From IMG/VR virus record IMGVR_UViG_3300030333_002703, positions 46,062 through 110,061 of that record: a stretch of 64,000 nt of DNA. One strand, 5' to 3'. This stretch comes from a virus. The notes under the pieces were generated by a model that did no database searches, was not told where the DNA came from, and saw only the letters and a list, made by a program, of their open reading frames with translations. Shown here one piece after another: positions 1 through 16,100 of the stretch. The position numbers and the translations under genes are program-made. The stretch's first letter is position 1; the number at the start of each line of letters is the position of its first letter.

Positions 1-4
1 TCCT

Positions 5-1186
5 ATGTTCGGAGAACGAGCCGCAGCAGATTTGAATGTCGTTACCACTAGCATCACTATGAGTGTGATTATACGCGATGATGATTGTGAATCAACAGAT
101 GTCTCACCACAATCTGCTTCAGCATTCATTGATTTTGGTAAGCCCAATGAACGAGATGCAAATCAAATTGGTGCAGGGTCGTATTTCTTAGGTGATGGTG
201 GAACCGTTACGATTGGGCAAAGCACTGGTGAAGACATTACCAACAAAGAATTCCAAATAAAATCTACCCACCATCAACAATCAGGCACTGGTCCTGTCAT
301 CATCAAATTCATTGCTGATGCCGCTGGCTCTTTAGGTGCTGCGACATACAGTTCTGGAACGGTGAGTATCAATCTCTATCATGCTAACTTGGTACACGCA
401 TCTGCGCCATCTCCATCATCGGGTGCATTCGATAGCATTGGAGAAGAGGTTGCGACATACCTCACCAATGCATTAAACAATTCAGCCAACATTGGTATCA
501 CCACAACAAGCACAGGAGATACAGGTCTTAGTCATGCATTTACAGCCACTTTGAATAATGGTATATTCCCCACTACATTAGGCAGCACACGTGTAGATAT
601 TGTGCAAAAAGAAACGGGGGTAAATGGAGATAGTGCAACTCCCGTATTTTGGGATTTGACTTCATCAGGGTCTAGCAATCAATTGGCGTGTAAGCCACCA
701 TCATTTCGTACATTCCGTGGTGGTAAAGGTAGTACGTGCAAATCTGCAGGTGACAAAGTACAAGACCTTATCGCCAATGTATCGAATAGTAACGTCATGG
801 GTGCAGTCGGTCAAGTCATTTCACTAGATGCAAATGAAGAACGAAAAAGTGTCATCAGTACTGATTTCAATAGTTTGGACCCGACTGCAGGAGCCACAGA
901 TGACTATATTGTAGGTATTCAAATACCATACAATTCATTGATTCAAGCGGCTGGAACTACATCAACTGTGGCTCGCAATTTCTTACTTGTGACAGGTCTT
1001 AGTCCTGCGGCTAATCAAGGTTCAGAAGCCAATACATTACCTGCGAGTACAACTTTCGATGTGTTAGATGTCTATACAGGTATTCGTGGCACTGTAACAA
1101 CTCTCCAACTTAAGTATTCAGCAGGTGATACCTTCTACGGAGGTTCAATCACATTCAACCCAATTGACTTCATTGCAGGACCGTGA
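5..1186 (+). CDS. Putative virion structural protein, probably 5'-truncated by the window edge
   Basis: 393-aa T/S/G-rich ORF, frame open to the window start, 4 nt upstream of the giant ORF in the + strand module. Confidence 0.55.
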   Translation: MFGERAAADLNVVTTSITMSVIIRDDDCESTDVSPQSASAFIDFGKPNERDANQIGAGSYFLGDGGTVTIGQSTGEDITNKEFQIKSTHHQQSGTGPVIIKFIADAAGSLGAATYSSGTVSINLYHANLVHASAPSPSSGAFDSIGEEVATYLTNALNNSANIGITTTSTGDTGLSHAFTATLNNGIFPTTLGSTRVDIVQKETGVNGDSATPVFWDLTSSGSSNQLACKPPSFRTFRGGKGSTCKSAGDKVQDLIANVSNSNVMGAVGQVISLDANEERKSVISTDFNSLDPTAGATDDYIVGIQIPYNSLIQAAGTTSTVARNFLLVTGLSPAANQGSEANTLPASTTFDVLDVYTGIRGTVTTLQLKYSAGDTFYGGSITFNPIDFIAGP

Positions 1187-1190
1187 TATT

Positions 1191-4100
1191 ATGACACTGA
1201 TTGGTAAAAGTAGCCATGCAATGTTTTTCAATGGTATATCAGATGGTATCTTGGTTCCGCAAGCACCATTCTCTAAAACTGGGACACAAACTACTCATGG
1301 TAAATCATACGACGCGACATTGGGTGGGCAAGGTCAAAACGTAAATACCAAAATGAGTAAAACTAGTGAATCATTCAGCGTTGAAGCATGGGTAGTGCCT
1401 GATTGTGGTGGTGTGATTGCTTCCAAAGAAGGTGTGTTTGAATTACGAATTGGGGATATTAGCACACCCGGCCCAGCCCAATTTACAGTTCACACTTACG
1501 ATGAAAATGTAGGTAAGCAATCTGTAACGGCTACAACAGCGTCACCTGTGATTGTATCTGGGGCGCACAAAGGGTGGGATGGCATCGTATATCCAACGGA
1601 TGCATCCGTGGCTCTACAAGGCACGTTCAATCGCTTCAATACGGGTAAAACAGATGAATCTGCATTGAATCGTAATTCACGTGAATTGATTTACATTGTT
1701 GGTGTGTTCACTGGGCAACAAGTCAAACTGTATGTAAATGGAGAATTGGTAGCATCTGAAAAACTTCAACGTAAAACACGTAGCGCTCATTCATCTGCTA
1801 ATCTATACATTGGTGGTAAAGGTGGTGAATATCGTGGTCGTATTGAAGGTGTACATTGGCGACGTGGGTTCGCTGAAAGTAATGCCATACCTAGTTCACT
1901 ATTACCAAACACTGATACTATTGGATTGTGGCGGTTTGAAGAACCCATTGATGTGCCAGATATTTCACTGACATTGAAATCTGCAGCATCAGCATCAACA
2001 AATGCCAGTGGTAGTACATTGACAATATCCAACGCTGATGGTAAAGCGTTGATGGAATACATCACAGGTTCAACACCTACGGCAACAACCACATTAGACC
2101 TTGCTTCATCCACATATAGCAATGGCAAATATCAGATAACTACAGCCGGTGCATTACAACAACCTGACCATCTTCCTATCAATCTCATCATTAATCCCAC
2201 AGGTGTGGATGAAAAAACTGGCATTGCGTATCAAACAAGCCCCCCAGAGCGCGTTAGATTGAAGCAAGTGGTATGGAATGCCGATGGCACTACAGACAGC
2301 ACCCTGACGGTGTATAGTATCCATTTAGATTTTAGCAATAGCACCACCACAGGTCTGCGTGGATTATTACACGCACACGCAGCCAATGATACTACCAACC
2401 AACTTGCGAAAGGTTCGACCATTGCCGTTATCAATTCAGACCTACTGATTGATTCAGGTAGTGGATTACCATTACGCGCACCCGGTCAAGGTACACAAAT
2501 CATTGACCGTACAGGCCAAATGGTAATTGATGAAGTCGGTGGCAATCATGGATTCATTTTCAATACACAAATTGCTACTGACACTACAAATAACCCATTC
2601 GCATTCAATTGGGGTGCGACAGAACTACCTGTTGGATTCCAAGCCGGTCATACAGGCCGACACAAATTCACACACATCACTGGGCATCCATATCTTCAGC
2701 ATTTACCCGAAGCCACTGAAGAAATAGTTGAACGAAATTTAGATGGTGACAGTGATTCATTTACAGCATTCTATGAAGGAAGCGCATTAGGTCTGCGTCG
2801 TCAAGTGCCATTGGGGTCATTGATGGATGTTCACCGCCAAGCATTTGTCGGGTCGGCCATCAATGTGGAAAATACAGGTACAGTAGTTGAAGCCGTTGAG
2901 AATGGATTAGCAGGTTTTGACACTACGGCACGACAACTCATTGCTATTGGTGGTGAGGGATTCGACCCAATACCATTTTTATTGAAAGGTCATGCATTCC
3001 TTGGTGAAGATGGAACTACAGATACCTATGATATGCACCTAACACCTGAAGATACATCACGTGTGGCTATTTTGGAATGTGCAATGGGAAGTGACGCCGC
3101 ACCATATGTGGAAATCCATTACAATGCCATTGATTTGGATGGTAGCCGTATTCAGTATGCTGCAACAGGGACAACATCAGCGGCATGGGATAATACCAAT
3201 CATCGTATCACATTGACCAATAATGGCACGAAAGCATTTGGTCCTAACAGTGGAACATTCGATGGATACCATCTCATCTGCGATGGGGAACGGGCTTACG
3301 ATTCTAAAGGAACTGTTACTTTTACAATTGACCACACCAATCACCGATTGAATGCAACATCAGGTGGTTCAAGTGTCCGAACTGCATTTGAAGGTAAGAT
3401 TGCGGCTGCTGGTGCTATTGTATATTTAGAACTTACAGGTGCAGCGTTATGTGTAACTAAAACTGTGCCGGATGCATCATCTATTATCAGTGGAACACAA
3501 GTCATTGATTACATTCATACTGCATTAGCATCGGGGGCAACATTACACGCTCCCGGTGGTGTAGTGACCATCAGCGATGATGTATTGGGAGCGGGTAGTG
3601 TCGCATTTCAAAATCATCGTATGGTAGGCGATAATACAGGTGGCACAACATATGAAATGGAATTGGACAACACTTTGATTCCGGCCAATCATGTTCCCAA
3701 TTCTGCTACAGATACTCCGCAATCACCCCCAAAAGGAATTGTTGCTTCTCATGTAATTGATGCTACGCATTCACCTGTTTATCACAAAATGGTTATCCGC
3801 AATTCTCAATCTGGAACATCAGGTTCTGCAGCCGGTAATTCAAGCGACCCTGCTATTACAAACGCACCTGATATATTCCGATTATCGCCACGGAAAGAAG
3901 CGACTTCAAATGCAAATGGAGTATTCGATACTCCAGCCACCAATCATGCGACTAATCTGTTTGAGGTATTCGATATTATTGACAATTGGCAAGTCGGGAA
4001 AAATCATGTATTGATAGTACAACCAACAGACCGTACACGCACTATGCAATTGACAAAATTCGCAAGTGAATCTACACAATCCAATGACCCTAATTTCCTA

Positions 4101-7100
4101 AGTGTCGAGTTCTTACAATGTCGTGGTCGTGTCCAAGACTTCCGTGAAAAAACAGACGACAAAGGGCGACAACTCATTATCCGAGGTTTAGGATTAGTAC
4201 ATGATATTCGAGATGCTAATGCATCACTTTTGGGTGACGGCTCTCCTGATTCACACGGCGTCAAAGAAATTATTCCCGGTGGGCCTGTAGTTGCCGTATC
4301 ATTGGGTGGTCCCGGTCAAGGTGCATTGGATACCAAGCCCACATATGACCCATCACCAATGGCTCGTATTGGGTGGAATACTCGTCGCCCATGTGCGGCT
4401 GTAGTCAATACAGTGGATGTATCATCTACACCTCGTACCATTACCTTGAGTCCGTACAATAATCAATCTAAACATTTGGCTAGTTGGGGGCATATTTGCT
4501 TCCCTCCTAGTAGTGGTTCAAGCGGTAGCAATGATGCTCGGGTGTATCTCAAAACAGGTGCATCTGCAGCATACTATGACATCGTAGCAGGTGAGATTCT
4601 TTTCGACACAACTGATACCAATATGGCAGGATGGTTCGTCAATGCCGATGGGTCATTGGAAAGTACATTCGCTGATTGGGTCACTACCAACGTATTACCT
4701 GCTGGAACCATTCTATACACAGACCCATACATTGGGGATGATACAATGTCAGAAGATGGCACGACCGTGCAAGACCGTATGTTCCAAAAATTGAGTAGTG
4801 TAACACATGATTACCAATTAGGCACACAGTATGCTTCCACACGTGCATTGGTTGAGATACCATTTTTCCCCCATCAATTCTTTGAAGATGCTGAAGAAGG
4901 TATTTTCCCCGGTCCGAACAATAGTATGAAACTGACGTTAGATGCTACCATGACCGCCCACACATGGAATCCTAAACCTGTAGGGCGAAGATTGTGTGAT
5001 TCAAGCATTGCCGCTGACCCAACTGTATTGGGTCCATATACTCGTAATTGGATAACATCTGGTCTGCGTGATACGTCTATTGTATCTGTTACCTATGTAT
5101 CGGCTTCTTCTCCTGCACCTGCACATTGGTTATTTGAAGTGGATGACGCATCTATTTTCCCACAGGCTATGGAAGGATTGATTACATCAGCCAGTGCATC
5201 TGGATTAGGTCGAGCCGGTATAGCGAAAGGTGGCGCAGTATCTCGAACACGGCGATTCTTTTTGCCTGATGGTAGTTGGGCAATTTATGACCGTGTAGAT
5301 TACACCAATAATACAATTCGTGTGAATGATTTGTTATCAGGCTATGGTATCCGAACAACAGATTCTGGTGGTCATACTACAAATTCCAAAACAAATGAAA
5401 ATAATGCAATAGGATTCGGAATGGGCAAAACCAAAGGTGGTCATACATGGAGACCTCTTTATGGTGAATGGCAAACAAACAGAGAAAGTCGGCAAGATGG
5501 TGAATGGGTCATCCAACCTATTACTTCACCTGAAATGATTGGAAAACGTATTTCACCAACTGCTCACATATTCAATGGAGATATCCCATCCATCAATGAC
5601 GGTGAAGGATATTCAGTAGCCGAAGCGCAATCTTTCACATCACCATTTTACCATGACCAAGCCAGTGTATTGACACAAGGTAGTGGATTGGATTACGGAT
5701 TGAAACAATATGTCAGCGCTGTCGAGTTCAAAGCAGGGCCGGAAGAAAATCCACATACTGCTAAATTACAAACGGGGGCATGGCGTGGTAAGATTCTTAG
5801 TTACAAAAACAATGTATTGATAGTGGATAATGCAGAAAACTTCCCACCCATTGGTGCAATGCTACGATATGGCTCACAAAGTGTATTGGATTGGAAAGTA
5901 CGAAATGAGAATACTGGATTAGAATTACAAATCAATTATCTAGCAACAACTACTTCGATAAGTGAACCTGTATTTAGCGCTAAAGTATGGTCAAGTAGTG
6001 CTACCGCTGTATTGGGAACCCACTTCAAAATTGGAGATGAACTTACCATTATGTCATTGGAAGTGAATCCCAATACAGGTGGATATGCTACAACATGGCC
6101 GAAAGTGATGCACGATGCAATTCTCAACAAAGAATGGTTAGGACCGTATGCATCTGGCGGATTGCGTAACGGTGATACCATATGGATGAATATGCACTAC
6201 ACTAACCCACACGCAACCGATGGTATATTCTGTAAGAGTCGAGGTGTAGTCAATGATTGGGAAGTTCATTCCATGTTCAATGGAGGTCTTGGTCAATTTG
6301 ACTTACGTTCACGTAACAGTATCCCAATGGAGAACTTCTTGATTGGGAATACGTGTCGTGAGACTGCGGAAAATTATGTCCAACACGTGAACAAAACAAT
6401 TGAACAAAATCTGATACAACTAGGTATTCACACTACACGAACTGTTGCTTTCCTTGACCCATATCTATGTACTGATGACCATGCACGTGTATTGCTATAC
6501 GATGTCGAAGCAGACCGAGAATGTGTAGCGTTCCATGATTTGTATATGCAGGTTCAATCATCTCCTGATGCTGTCAAAATTGACAATATGGATGCTGCAA
6601 ATGGGTTCATATCTCAACGACGTGATGTGGATATTTCAGGGTGGTTGTCCACATCACAAGAACAAGATTACCCACATGACCATACTGACCATGTGAAGAT
6701 ACGCAGTGACCACGGTAAATCGTCATACATTGAAGGCGCATACAGTCATTCTGATGGAGTCACTATGAATGTTGAACGATTATCTCAAGATGATTCAGAA
6801 ACAGCCATAGCACGATGGGCCATTGATGATAGATACAATCGCAATTATGAAGAATATGCAAAGCAAGGAGATTGCACAAGTCGATACGCAGTGCCACGCA
6901 CAACAGATGGTGTATGTTGTTACACTCAAGCAGAACTATGGTTCGGTCAAGGTATTGAAGATGCAAAAGAAGCCGCAGCGTTTTGGGCAAGTAAAAGTGT
7001 GACTGGTGTCACCTCAACTACTACAGTTGCGGCGGCGGGAGGAACAGGCAGTCAATCTTTTGATGATTCTACTACCGCAATACAATTCAATAGCCACACT

Positions 7101-10100
7101 TTAGATACGCCAAATGGTACACGAACAATATCTGCATTCTTATGCCTCAAAGGTATTCGTGCCGTAGATTCACCTACCACTAATGCACGATTGTCTAACT
7201 TACCACATTGGAAACAAATGGACTTTACACGACGTTTGACAATAGACCTCGGTGAAATAGGTATCAAAGAAGGTGTAACAAGTGTAGAAGCGGCGGCTCA
7301 TGAAATTGTCAGACTCATCAATCAAGCCGGTGCAAAGAAAGGGCGGTCGAATATCCGCCGCCCTGTTGACCAATTCCCCGGTGCTACTGTCGGTCAAGAC
7401 GATGGTGCATCTGCTCACATCAAAGCCGATTACGCTGTTACAGGTTCAACTCATGACCCTGCATCATTTTGGGATGATACAGCGTTCTCATCATATGACC
7501 GAGGTTCACATATGGGCTATTTACGCGCACATATAGGTCGAGTAATTGAAGACCGTAATGGTGTTGAAGGCTATACTATTGTTATTCATTCTACAATTCC
7601 CGGTGCAACAGGTCGTAATTTCTGTGTATGGCTTGATAATTCCAAAGGGCAGACAAATTACAATCCACAGTTCTTGATTGGTCATGGTGGTAGATTCAAT
7701 TCATTCTATTGTCAACCATTGGAAACTGCTGGTGAAAATATGCACCCTGCACCTATGCCCATCAATAAGCATGGGCGACCGTTTGCACCTATCACTACAC
7801 TACAACAATTTGTTAGTACAGGTGTGCCATCCAGTGCTAATGCACAATTGAATCGCGCTATCCCACCCACACCATTTACGGCTCAAGAACAAGAAGGTGC
7901 GCTTCCAGCATTACCTAGTTTTGGTGCGGCAGGTGGTGGAGTTGGTTCTAATAGTGTCACAATGGAAAGCACTATGCCTACAGAAATGACTGTTGTAGAA
8001 GGATTGGGCGTGGGTACAAAGGCATATGCTCAAATGAACTTTGGTGGTTTAGTTGCATCTGGTGTTCCCGGTTGGAGTCCAGACTATGGAACATGGGGCT
8101 TTGGTGATGGGACAGATAGCCGAGCGCATAACATCTATAGTGCATCTGCCGCAACCCAACAAGATTACACAAGTCATGTTCCCGCGACAGATAAATTGGA
8201 AATTGGAACAGATGGGCAAATCTATGGTATCCAATTTGAAGACCATCTAAAACGTAAGCATACTGTTCGGATGCTGTATAAGGAATACGGAAAAACATTC
8301 ACCAATGAAAATACCAATCTCCCATCTACAATTGAAAATGAAATTGTCATTTGGATGGATGACAGAGATGTATCATTTGGTGGATTCACTATTGGTCGCG
8401 CTATGAAAGGTGCTGGTGATATTGGTAAGCGTATCAAAACCGGAGCGGCATGGAAATTGGACACGAATGCATACGATGGTGCGGTGACGGAATCCAAAGC
8501 CGCATATACAGATGCAATTACAGATGTCCCATATTGTGGAGGCCGATGGAATGGTGTACCGTCGCCAATGGCAGCGTATGCTGTAACCATAGACAGACCG
8601 TCAGGGACTTCATTGAGTCTGCGTCACAATCAAGGTGATACATTCGCATGGAACAAATTACATGGTGGCATATGGCATGATTTACCAGCAGATGGTGACG
8701 TACTAGGATTTTTAGGATTCCCCAAAACAAACGGTGTGCTTCAACTCACATTACCAGAAGGTAATTCAGGCGGAGCGGCTGCTGACATTGGTTCAACTGG
8801 ATACATGATTTCATACACACATCGGACTGAAAATACCAAATTTGGGCCACACACATTCTATGGATGTACAGGTATTCCGACAGCATTGAGTGGATGGGGT
8901 GATACTACAATTGGACCGGACACATACGAAGTGGCAGAATCACCTGCGTGTATATCTGCTAGACCTAATTGGACAACATTGGTGACGGATGAATTGATTG
9001 CAGCCGCTGTCGAGTTTGCATTGACAATGGATGACCCCAATGAAGGTGATACATTTGATTGCACGAATATGTTGGCAGCCGACGGTCGCACATTTGGTGA
9101 ATGGGGTATCAGCCCATCAGCAATTCGTGTTCAGGCATATTCTGATAAACACCCTATTACACCATTACGTACATTATTCAATGTGCGTCGAGAGAAAGAT
9201 TACGGCATATTACACGCTCATGCGAATGCGCCACAAAAGACTGTAGATGGTGTAGCCATTCATGCGGCAGGTGCTAGCCATGCAAATGCTCACCTATGGT
9301 ATAACGAATCATATCCATTGAATCTTACGGAAGGAACAAATTCGACACCTGCTTATGCATCCCCAAGAGGTATGACCAATACTGCATTAGATGGGAATAT
9401 GGGTGTCCCATGTGGATATGTGCCGCGAACTGTATTGCATATCTCCACTAGGTATCGTGGTGCAAATGCTAACACGGTATCCCCATTGGTTGTTGATTCG
9501 CGGAATGTACCAATCAATACAGATACATGGCAACAAAACCTACGTGGTGAACTATGTCAGTTCTGGGCAGGCGACCATATTCTACCTATGATTAACAACG
9601 GTCGTGTCGAATTATCTGTTTCTTCATCATCAGATGACGCTAATGGAACATTCACTAATGGTGGTCATTCATCAACTGGTAAATGGGCAATAAAATTGTC
9701 TACGATAAATGGTGGCGGTGGTACATCTAGTAATGAAATTCAAGAATTATTCCAATTCGGCCCAGTGGGTCGAATCAAGAACGAAAATATGGGTATGATT
9801 ACGGCTGGCGCACATGGCGACCATTTACCATTTGGTGGAGCCGAAGATGCATCGTATGTAGCCCCATATACAATGTGGTGTAGTAATTCAGATTGGGCAG
9901 TGATTACTCCAAAAGCCTCACAAGCCGATGCTAAAGCCAGTGGTGGCCCCACTAATTTGTTTGATAGTGGATACCGTGATGGTGGATACCAATGGCGTCA
10001 TCAATTTGCACGTATCAATGTATTAGATGACTTATCTGTTTTGGCTAGTGGTGTCACTGCAAACGAAAGTGAAGAATTCACCGCTCGATGTGATGCTACA

Positions 10101-13100
10101 ATTGCAGCCAATGAAATCATCTACCTACAACGATGGTTAAATCCAGAACATGAAGGTATCCGCACATCTGGTTCATATGCTTATGCGAAACCCATCACAT
10201 ATTTCCGTGGTGCGTCTGATGGTAGTGACCATTCAGTACCATTGTATTTCGGTGGTGGATTCAGCGGAGCAGTATTAGACATCAATGATGGCACAGAAAA
10301 TGATTACACCGAGTTCTATACACATCCATATTCAGCAGGACCAACAGGTTGTGCAGGGATACAAAATGCAAATGAGATTATGGGGTCGCATTGTATCTTA
10401 GACACCACTGCAATGCTCGCCATGTTCCCCGGCACAGGGTATCTCGACCAGCACAAAGGACAAGCCAATCCTCCGTTCCAAAATGAACATCTGCAATTGT
10501 CACCTGATATGGCATTGGAAGATAGCCATGTACCTATCACTACTGCAAGTAGTCAAGGACCAGATGGTAGTACAGGTGCGGCAGGATATACAAACAACAG
10601 TAAGACTGTTATTCAAACACAACCGTCACCCATCATCTTGAGATTCGCGCATCCATTTGCACGGTATGAAGATGTGCAAGATGATGCTAAGAAAACTCAA
10701 ACTACCTATGTCGTATTCGGTCCCGGTCAATCCGTGCCGACATTCTTACAATCCAATTACACCAACTCACCAAGTCCGACTACTTACATTGAACCATCAG
10801 TTGCCATTTCAGTAGGTTGTTTATACAACAAATACTTGTTTGCTAATTATGGGTCTGACCGTTCAGGCTTCAATCCAGTGGGTGTGGGTCGGTATATTCC
10901 AGCATATCCATACGCACCAATGGCATCAGGTCTATTGGCATATTATGGAACACCAGATTATGCGTATCTGCCTAATGGTGTGGATTTGGGCAAAACTACA
11001 ACATGGGATAACGCACCAAAAACAGGTAGTAGTAGCACGACTAAAAGTGGTTGGGATGCAAAGATTGGATGGTTGCCTCCCACGAAGGATTATCAGCAAG
11101 ATAACGTCACTCGTTGGCAAGGTGTAGATAATTGGGAACCTGCACAAGGCGACCCTAACGCAGACCAATACAATCAATATGATAGATATGGATTGCATTT
11201 GAGTGGTCATTTCAATCGTCACGACTATGGTGAAGATTCTAATCACGACCCTGCATCTGGCACATGGTCGTATGGTTCCACAGGATATGCTCATCCATTA
11301 TCTCCATTGACTCAAACAATTTACAATGGAAGTGGTGAACGCTTAGCCGGTCCTATTGAAGATGCTGCTGCTATTGACGAAGTGAGTAGTAGAAAAATCT
11401 ATACCGCTACAGCCAAGGATTATGCGTGGCACATGGATGGTGGGCATCCACCCGGTGCTAATTTCCTCGATGACCGAGTGGTGCGTAATCCACAAAATGG
11501 TGGCGCTGCCCAATACTGTTACGCATATCATCAGATTTCAGATGGAACCTATACACCTAGTGAGTTCCGTGTTGGTGACAATGCGACCATGTTCCGTATT
11601 GGTGCGGCTATGCTTAAACAACTAACAGATGGTTGGGGATACACACAAGACAATCATACTACAGGTGTCGAAGGTCATGTTGACCGTGACATCATTGTAA
11701 TAGATGCGACACGTGTACAAAATGCTGAAGAACTTGCTACTGTAATGTCATGTGCCATCAATGAATGGCCGGGAACAGGTGCGCTCAAAGCATTGGGTGG
11801 TACGTTCCTACCATCATTCCAAAGCGCTCACAAGCAAGACCGTTATTCATGGGTAGAATTACCAATGGACCCCACCGCAGGAAACAGTGGATTGAATGGG
11901 CGCACTGACCATTTGACTTTTGAATCAACAGCAATCAATACAGACTATGTACATCGTGACCATTTCAGTATTGGTATTGCGAATCTCAATCCATATACTA
12001 GAGCCACAGTGACAACGTATGTTCCGTATGAATTGCCAGTAACAGGTAGTGGGCGTTTGTTCTTAGACAGTGATACAAACCCTGCAGTAAAACGATATGT
12101 TGGTGCAGATACAGGGGCGGATACAGTATCAAGTATGAATGACCGAGGTTTCTACTTCTTCTATGCCGGTATATCCAATTCAGATGATACTTCACAAGGT
12201 GGTGGCACTGTCGCTACAGCCGCACATCGTTCATTCTATCTCGCACAAAACTACCGTACAGGTCTACGATTGCCAGAAGACCCTACTGTAGATTGCACTA
12301 ACCGAACATTCTCTAGTGGTATGACAGGGGCGCAACGACCCGGTATGAAATACATGGAATGTGCAGTACAAGCAGTAACAGCAGCAATTCCAAACCCATT
12401 GGTAGGATTCCCGCGTATCATGGTATGGACAAAAACCGGCAACCATCGGTGGAACAATGGCGGATTCAATACTGCTAACGCAACTAAAACGAATACTGAC
12501 CGAAGCCGATTGGGATTGGATACAACAACAAGTCTCATCTTCCATGCATTGGCTTGTACCCATGTGCATTTCAATGGATTACATGATGCTGTGGACCGTA
12601 CACGACCCATTGGTGCGGTGGGATGGGCTGGCAATCAATACTCGATGCTCAATAGTATGGGATATTGGGAACCGTCATTGGGTGTATTCGCAGTACCGCG
12701 AGGTCTTGGTGCATGGCATCCATACCTATCATTCAATCCATATGGTCATCAAATGGGATGCCATGATAGCAACTACATTGGTCAGTATCAAGCCTCAAAT
12801 GTTTTCGCAGATGGTGACAACGCTGCCAATTATGGTATTGGAGGAATGAATGCCACAGACGCATCTGCTCATTGGTCATATTCAAATGGATGGTCAACCA
12901 CATATCCAACTGCTAAAGGGACACATGAAAATCACTATGTGGTTATCACCCACGAAAGTGAATTGCCGTTGGTTGCACGTGCTGACCATTTAGGCATCAA
13001 TGGTGTTGGTGATTTGCTATCTGGTATTTGGAAAACATCTGCAATGGGTACAACGTCACCACCCGGCAAGGCTGCCAATAACGACCCAAATAGTATTCCA

Positions 13101-16100
13101 CCTACAGGCACTACTGCATGGTCAGCGGATATTCATGCCCCATCTCGATACAGCGCACCAGCCAATGGTGGTCCGTATGTTGAGGCTCAAGTGCCAGCCA
13201 CCCTTGAGAATCCTACAACAAACGATACGAAAAGAACCAATATGCAATGGGGTGCGAAAGTAGATGGTGCAGATGACCTCATCATGGCAGATGCGTGTGC
13301 TGCACCCACAGGTGATTTGTTTGTAGGAACAGATTGGGTGGGTCATGCCAATACATATTATTCAGATGTGAATGGTATTGGTGGTGCAAGAGCCAATGCA
13401 TTACCCGGTATTTTCGATGCCGATACGGAACCACAAAGATACTGGCACGACCCTGTATCCAACGCAGGTAAGGTTGGTGGGCGCAACTTCACCGTTGAAC
13501 ACGTAGTATGGAAGCGAATGGATGGTGGTAATCTATCATTACCCGCACCTAACGCCCGAGGTCTTGGTGCATTACCTTGGGTATGGCGTAAGCAAAGTGG
13601 CACATCAAATTATTACAAGACAGGTGAAACTGTGTATGGTAATTGTCGATTCTCATTTGAAACAACCAACAGTGCAATGCTACCTGTCATTCAGGCACAA
13701 GAATTATCCCATCCACAACTTGCTGAATTGTATCCATTTGAAATTGGGAATGCTATGACGATTCCTAATGAAGAGATTCAATTTGAATCCATTACGGTAA
13801 TAGATGACACCGGACAAGAGCATCGTATCGAAGGTGGTTCACCATTTGGGACAATCATTCGTGATTTCAAATCTATCAGCGACCGCACTGATGAAGGTAT
13901 GGCCCCAGCCCTTGCAGGTAGTGGGTCATATCCCAACATGGAAATTCAATTACCTGACCCAGATACAATCCCCGGCAACATCATTGTGCGTAGTGGATTC
14001 GATAGAGTGCAGTCATACCAGAATGAAACTGTTGGTACTGGAGGTCTGCAACACCCATCACAACCCACCAATTTAGTGGACAAGGCATTCGATGGAAGTG
14101 GCCCAACAGATGCATTGTGGCCTACATGGGAGAATAACAAATGGGAACAAGTCGCACAAGATAGCACCTTCCCTCAATCTGTTACAAGCAATTGGGCGAA
14201 TTCGACAGATGATGCACCACTCAAGACCGCATACGAACCACATGACCGCACGTTGTATTTCCATATCACCAAGCACGATATATCATACAGTAAGCGTGAA
14301 CCCGTAGCGGCAATCAATCATATTCACCAAACAGCACTTGGTGGTGGTGCAACTAATCTTGTATTGCGTGACAATATCACTGTCAATCAGACTACATTCA
14401 CAGGCACGACACTAACCTATGGTGGTACAGTGCATTTCCATGCTACACACAAGGGAGCCATCTTTGCTGACCCACGTGAACAACTGAAGGATGGGTCGAA
14501 CCGATGGTATTTGGTGGCTATCAATTCAGCCGGTAAGAAAGCCATTGCGTCATACACAGGTGTTACTACAGGGTCAGCGCGATTCGATGGTGTAGTGTTC
14601 GATTCAAATTGGGATGAGACCTTCAACGGCGCAGACATATACCCATCATTCTATACACCCGCAGGGTCAGCACGTCTGTTCGCTGCCCGTCGTATGCGTG
14701 ACCATGCTGAAGTATCTGGGAACAGCCCTGATATGCCACGTGTAGCATGGTGGAAACTCAATGATGGAGGGCCGACATCTACCAACCCATACGACCTCAT
14801 CAACGCACCCAAACTCACACCTATGCCTATTCCACGCATGGGCCATCATTATGTCACACCAACGATGGCAATGATGCCCGGTCATCTAGCCCATCCAGTG
14901 TATCAGAACATTTGGAAATCACATTTGGCGGTAGAATCATCTACACGCGCACCCGTAGAAATGTCAGGGAATGTGGGTGGCACACCTACAATGGACCCCA
15001 ACATTTGGTTCTCCAATCTCACACCCAACTATCCACCATCTGATATTCACGGTGGTGCATTCACATTGATGAGTGAGACGAAGGTGCGCTTCGATGGATA
15101 TGGTGTGTTGGCATCCAATGGTGTAGCAGGTGATGTAAATAGCAAAGGTGGTCACGTCATCATCTTGGAATCAAACAGTCACTATACACAAACAAGCCAC
15201 TTCCCTGACCCATTGGAAGTAGGTGCATATCAGATTGTAATTCAACCAAACCTATTTAGTCAGCAAGTCACAGGGTTCCATCAAAACACACCGTTTGCTG
15301 ATACCACATCGCCACGCAATGCTGCGGATAGTGCATATGAAAGTGACCTTGAACAGAACTTGACAGGTCAACAAGTAGCAACAGTTGTAGGTATATTCCA
15401 TGATTGGGCAACCTATGGTGCGACAGGTCTGGTATTGGCCGATGCATTATCAGCAGACGTGCGTGGATGTGAGGTATATCTCAATGAGATTATGCTTGAC
15501 ATTGACCCTGCCGCTGGTCAGCAATTCACATCATTACCGCCATTGGCTACATTCAATGCATTGGGTGTCAACGAATCAACATCTCCTGCGTTTTCACGTA
15601 GGTCTATGCCATATCATCCAACCATGTTCAAGCGCGCTACGCCCGGATACACATTGACAATTCCGTGGTGGGCCATTGGAATGAATAGTGGAATGCATTC
15701 AGGTCTATCATTGATTGGTGTTGATGATTACTACCAATTCTGTCGAGCCACCTACGGTGCAATCAGCGCACAGATTACCTTGGCAGGGTATCCGTCATAC
15801 TTCTTCGACCCATACCAGCGTGAACATCAAAGCCTCAATCCTCAATGCACCGTCACCACCAATCCAACCGCTGGTGCTACGGCAACAGTTCGTGTAGATG
15901 ATAACTCATTGTTCCCATTGGATGGTAGTATCTACAATCGGTTGCTTATGACCATTGATGCAACAGGTCAGAAACACTATGCCACTTACGCAACACGTGG
16001 TACAAGTGGTATGGCTGCAACGGGTGATACTGATAGATTCTTGACTGTAACACCGGCTGATGGTCTAGGTGCATCATCACCTATTTGGAATGCATTAACG